A stretch of DNA of 64,000 nt from contig CAJIZT010000007.1 of the NCBI GenBank assembly GCA_905182015.1, positions 147,570 to 211,569 on the forward strand, written 5' to 3'. This stretch comes from an alpha proteobacterium MED-G09 (GTDB taxonomy: Bacteria; Pseudomonadota; Alphaproteobacteria; MED-G09). Made by a program: the position numbers and the translations under genes. This document shows, piece after piece, positions 60,774 through 64,000 of the stretch. Within the stretch, counting starts at the first letter, position 1. Each line of letters opens with the position of its first letter. A model generated the notes under the pieces. That model did not search any database and was not told the DNA's origin. It worked only from the letters and a program-made list of their open reading frames with translations.

Positions 60774-61517
60774 TTAGTTTTTTTCTTCAGCTTCTAATTC
60801 ATCATTTGTTTCACTTGAATTATTAAGTATTATTTCCATTTTTTCAATAGCTTTCTGTTCATTGGTTTTCTCTATGACAGCAACTTCACGAGCAAGCCTT
60901 TCTCTAGATGCCTCATATAGTTGCCTTTCTGAGTAGGATTGTTCAGGTTGGCTATCGCTTCGGAATAGATCTCTCACAACTTCCGCTAATAATTTAATAT
61001 CTCCGGAATTAATTTTTGCTTCATATTCCTGAGCCCTTCTACTCCACATTGTTCTTCTAACTTTTGCCTTACCAGTCAATATCACAAATATTTCTTTCAA
61101 CTGATTTTTAGTTGAAACCTTCCTTACTCCATTTTCCTTTACTTTCCCCAAAGGAACTCTTTGAGTCATTTTTTCTTTTTCAAACTCAATTACATACATC
61201 TCTAAAATTTCGCCTGCAATTTCTCTCTTTTCAATTTCCAGTACCTTTCCAACACCATGCGATGGATAGATTACGTATTGCTCCGGAAGAAAAGTATCTT
61301 TTATTTTAGGGAGTGATCCTTTGTCTGTGGTATCTTGAGTGGGCTTAAGGTTTTCTTTTTTCTTAAGACTTGTTTTATTCTGGGAAGTATTTTTTTTAGA
61401 TTTAACAATCAACTTTTTTTTAATTATGGGCGAAGTCTTTACCTGTTTAGGACCTTTCTTTTTTTTAGAAACTTTCTCTGATTCTTTTTTGTCTTGTTTC
61501 TTTTTTACTACGCCCAT
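60774..61517 (-). CDS. CarD/CdnL-family RNA-polymerase-binding transcription factor with lysine-rich N-terminal extension
   Basis: Residues about 76-140 (YVIYPSHGVGKVLEIEKREIAGEILEMYVIEF...MTQRVP) form the CarD_TRCF RNAP-interacting domain, followed by a helical C-terminal domain. Residues 1-75 are about 40% K with KKK/KP repeats. Confidence 0.75.
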   Translation of the reverse strand: MGVVKKKQDKKESEKVSKKKKGPKQVKTSPIIKKKLIVKSKKNTSQNKTSLKKKENLKPTQDTTDKGSLPKIKDTFLPEQYVIYPSHGVGKVLEIEKREIAGEILEMYVIEFEKEKMTQRVPLGKVKENGVRKVSTKNQLKEIFVILTGKAKVRRTMWSRRAQEYEAKINSGDIKLLAEVVRDLFRSDSQPEQSYSERQLYEASRERLAREVAVIEKTNEQKAIEKMEIILNNSSETNDELEAEEKN

Positions 61518-61593
61518 AAGAGATATCCCTCAATTGTTTAAGTTTGCTCAAAGCGTTTAACAGAATAAATTAATTTTTACAAGGTTTTAAAGG

Positions 61594-61932
61594 TTAATCG
61601 CCTTCTCCAGGATTCTCACTGAAATATTTATTAAATTTATCTTTTTTGCCATTATAGTCCTCTGCGTCCTTTGGACTATCTTTCACAATAGTTATATTTG
61701 GCCATATATCAGCATACTTTGTATTTACTGTAAGCCATTTTTCTGTTCCCTCTTTTGTGTCGGGGTGAATAGCATCTGCAGGACATTCTGGCTCGCACAC
61801 TCCGCAGTCAATACATTCATCTGGATGAATTACAAGCATATTTTCTCCCTCATAAAAGCAATCCACCGGGCATACATCAACGCAGTCCATAAACTTACAC
61901 TTAATACATTCTTCTGTAACAACGTACGTCAT
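61594..61932 (-). CDS. fdxA: 7Fe ferredoxin (3Fe-4S + 4Fe-4S) FdxA
   Basis: [21 protein letters not shown] ... [12 protein letters not shown], 112 aa, upstream of carD as in many alphaproteobacteria. Confidence 0.9.
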   Translation of the reverse strand: MTYVVTEECIKCKFMDCVDVCPVDCFYEGENMLVIHPDECIDCGVCEPECPADAIHPDTKEGTEKWLTVNTKYADIWPNITIVKDSPKDAEDYNGKKDKFNKYFSENPGEGD

Positions 61933-62399
61933 TATTTTCCCTTAGTTTCTAATATCTTTTTCCTGATAAAGCCTGCCTCTTTATCTGATATATAAAGTAA
62001 TCCAGATAGGCGCCTAATAAGGCTTGATTCAAATGGATCAATTAACCCATCAGCAATAATTATTTCACACATCATACTAAAGACTATATGTTTTTTTTCT
62101 TTACTGAAGTTATCATTGATAATCCTTGACCACTTATAAAGATCTACCGATTTTTCTTCTTCCTTCGTTGCGCTTGATAATAGTATTTCGATTTCATCAT
62201 CACCAAGATCAAACTGTTTTTTGAGTAATCTTTTAATTGAAAGAATCTCTACCTCATCTTTATTCCCGTCTATGCTTGCAGCTCTCAACAAAAGGACTGC
62301 CACAGCCTCTATAATTTTATCATCTTGAGTATCTCGATTAACATCCTTGTTTTGACCAGAGATCTCTTTTCCGAATAAATTTTTTAAAAATTTTATCAT
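61932..62399 (-). CDS. TerB-like (tellurite-resistance / DjlA N-domain-like) protein
   Basis: 155-aa ORF with two helical halves and conserved acidic pairs ([23 protein letters not shown] ... [20 protein letters not shown]). Confidence 0.5.
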   Translation of the reverse strand: MIKFLKNLFGKEISGQNKDVNRDTQDDKIIEAVAVLLLRAASIDGNKDEVEILSIKRLLKKQFDLGDDEIEILLSSATKEEEKSVDLYKWSRIINDNFSKEKKHIVFSMMCEIIIADGLIDPFESSLIRRLSGLLYISDKEAGFIRKKILETKGK

Positions 62400-62414
62400 T
62401 TAATTTTCATACCT

Positions 62415-62714
62415 TTAAACTATCTTTATTTCTTTATAAAGCCTAGTTGCTTTTTTAGCACTTAGTCGCTTATTTGCAAAATTTTCTACAGAAAAAATAA
62501 TTATTTTATTTACCTCTATTAGTGTCACTATATCACCTACCTTAATTTTTATTGATGATTTTTCTATCTTTATCTTATTAACCTTAATAAGCCCCTCTGA
62601 AATTATTTTTTGAGCCTTTGCTCTTGATTTTAATATCCGTGTCCTAAATAACCAATTATCAATTCGTTGCTCACTGAGTAATATTTTTTTATCGATACTC
62701 TTAACCTTATTCAA
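62415..62714 (-). CDS. S4-domain RNA-binding protein (Hsp15-like)
   Basis: QRIDNWLFRTRILKSRAKAQKIISEGLIKVN is an S4 alpha-L motif. 99 aa. Confidence 0.7.
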   Translation of the reverse strand: MNKVKSIDKKILLSEQRIDNWLFRTRILKSRAKAQKIISEGLIKVNKIKIEKSSIKIKVGDIVTLIEVNKIIIFSVENFANKRLSAKKATRLYKEIKIV

Positions 62715-64000
62715 GGTGTAATCTTTCTTTTAAATTCTTTAAGCCCTCATTTTCTGAAAAGATATTAGAATTTTTTGATTTATCCTTAGGATTAATTAAT
62801 CTAGATTTTTTCTGTTTCTGTTTGTGGTGGTTATATTTTTTTGTATACCAGTATTTAATTTCACTCTTCTCATGACTCTTATCGTTTTTATCGAGATCTC
62901 CAGAAAGAGCACTTTGTTTCTTTTTATTTATTTCAAAACCTAAGTATTTAATAATAAATTTAATATTTTCTTTTGAACATCCTAACAAAGAAATCATTTC
63001 ATCAGTTATCATAAAGCTTCGATATTTTTTATCCTTATCAATCTCAGCATAAATTATTTTATCTAATCTTTCTATGATATCTGCCCTTATCACCATTTTT
63101 CCAAAAACAAGATACCCTAATACCTTGTATATCTCATACGATATATTATTGTTGGTTTTGCAAGAAGTTACCCCAGGCCTTGGCAAGCTTTCTCTAATTT
63201 TTTTTATATCACTCACATTGTAATTTTTTTCAGAAAAATTAATCCATAATGATACCAAAATTTCTGTAGCCTTTGGTTTAACGGTAGCTGGGAAGAAGAT
63301 AGAAAATTTTCCTATTCTAACCCCAAGCCCTCTTAACTCTTGTCTGGACTTTTGATCTAATAACTTTATTTCAGTTTCTACATTTTTTCTTTTGATCAAC
63401 CCTAGTTCCTCTGTCAAACGATATGCAACTCCTTTGGCACCTGATTGCATACCCTCTGTTTTTGTTAGAGAGAAAATTTCTTTTAAATTAGTTGTAATAT
63501 ATTGATCCAGCCAACTCTGAATCTTTATTTGTAAATCCTTCTTTATTTGCCCATTTAAATACTCATCTGATAACAAAGAAAAATTTGGTTGCAGGGGAGC
63601 GTTGCCTGGCTTCAATGTAGCAATTTTTTCATTACCAAAGCAGATGGATAAATCTGATCCTAAAGAGAAATTACCAAACTCTTCTGAAATTATTTTTAAA
63701 GATTTTTTATTCATTTCTTTCTCAAGAGGTTTTGAAATTGAAGATTTTACTTGTTTCATATAATTTTCGGAACCAATTTTTTCACTTAAAAATCTTAATC
63801 CTTCTATTCTACCAAAATACTTTCCTTCAACGGTAACCTCCCCCTGATCGTTAATCCCAGATAGAATATCTTTTTTATCCTTATATTTTAGTCTTAATCT
63901 ATTCGTTCCTTTATCAACAAATCTATCAGTTAAGGCCTCATGAAGGGCATCTGATAACTTATCCTCTACTAGTCGAGTTTTTTTTTGCCAATAATCTGGA
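62707..64000 (-). CDS. helicase-associated C-terminal region protein (5' end beyond window; the frame stays open upstream of the annotated Met)
   Basis: Minus frame is open from 64000 through ...EGKYFGRIEGLRFLSEKIGSENY-MKQVKSS..., so the Met at 63759 is internal. The position upstream of S4-fdxA-carD matches the conserved alphaproteobacterial helicase gene. No Walker motifs are visible in this C-terminal part. Confidence 0.4.
   Translation of the reverse strand, partial: PDYWQKKTRLVEDKLSDALHEALTDRFVDKGTNRLRLKYKDKKDILSGINDQGEVTVEGKYFGRIEGLRFLSEKIGSENYMKQVKSSISKPLEKEMNKKSLKIISEEFGNFSLGSDLSICFGNEKIATLKPGNAPLQPNFSLLSDEYLNGQIKKDLQIKIQSWLDQYITTNLKEIFSLTKTEGMQSGAKGVAYRLTEELGLIKRKNVETEIKLLDQKSRQELRGLGVRIGKFSIFFPATVKPKATEILVSLWINFSEKNYNVSDIKKIRESLPRPGVTSCKTNNNISYEIYKVLGYLVFGKMVIRADIIERLDKIIYAEIDKDKKYRSFMITDEMISLLGCSKENIKFIIKYLGFEINKKKQSALSGDLDKNDKSHEKSEIKYWYTKKYNHHKQKQKKSRLINPKDKSKNSNIFSENEGLKNLKERLHLE

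Noticed and set aside
1-64000. Mobile elements, CRISPR arrays, prophage or genomic island
   Set aside because: No integrase, transposase or repeat-spacer array was found, and no long direct or inverted repeats. The tRNA genes at 12347, 50494 and 58280 have no flanking integrase or duplicated 3' ends.

Overview
The window is a densely packed core chromosomal segment of a very AT-rich, streamlined alphaproteobacterium (SAR11-like). This is inferred from the alphaproteobacterial synteny (rnd-lptC-lptA-lptB, regB-regA, argH/tlpA, hisC-tyrC, fdxA-carD), low GC by eye and many N/K-rich proteins. I annotated about 70 protein genes, 3 tRNAs (Ser-GGA, Leu-CAA, Arg-CCU), and one 43-aa LptM-like lipoprotein gene that the ORF track missed. 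No rRNA, CRISPR array, transposase, integrase, prophage or obvious defense island is visible. Content is mostly housekeeping: translation genes (lepA, pheST, rplT-rpmI-infC, rpmF), amino-acid metabolism (metXW, hisC, tyrC, lysA, argH, a cysK-like gene), etfAB, ubiquinone genes (coq7, coq4), LPS transport (lptCAB) and the RegB/RegA redox two-component system. The most unusual, testable items are: (1) a 1035-aa TonB-dependent receptor coupled to a secreted M14 carboxypeptidase; (2) an orphan Rieske oxygenase alpha subunit next to a bicupin; (3) a CarD/CdnL homolog with a ~75-aa lysine-rich, histone-tail-like N-terminal extension; (4) an 8-bladed PQQ-type propeller with an N-terminal CxxCH heme domain; (5) infC with a non-AUG start plus a GC hairpin in the infC-rpmI spacer; (6) a 400-bp AT-rich divergent intergenic region carrying a GCAGGTT direct repeat. 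I do not see a clear previously undescribed multi-gene system, and several calls rest on motif recognition alone without database confirmation.
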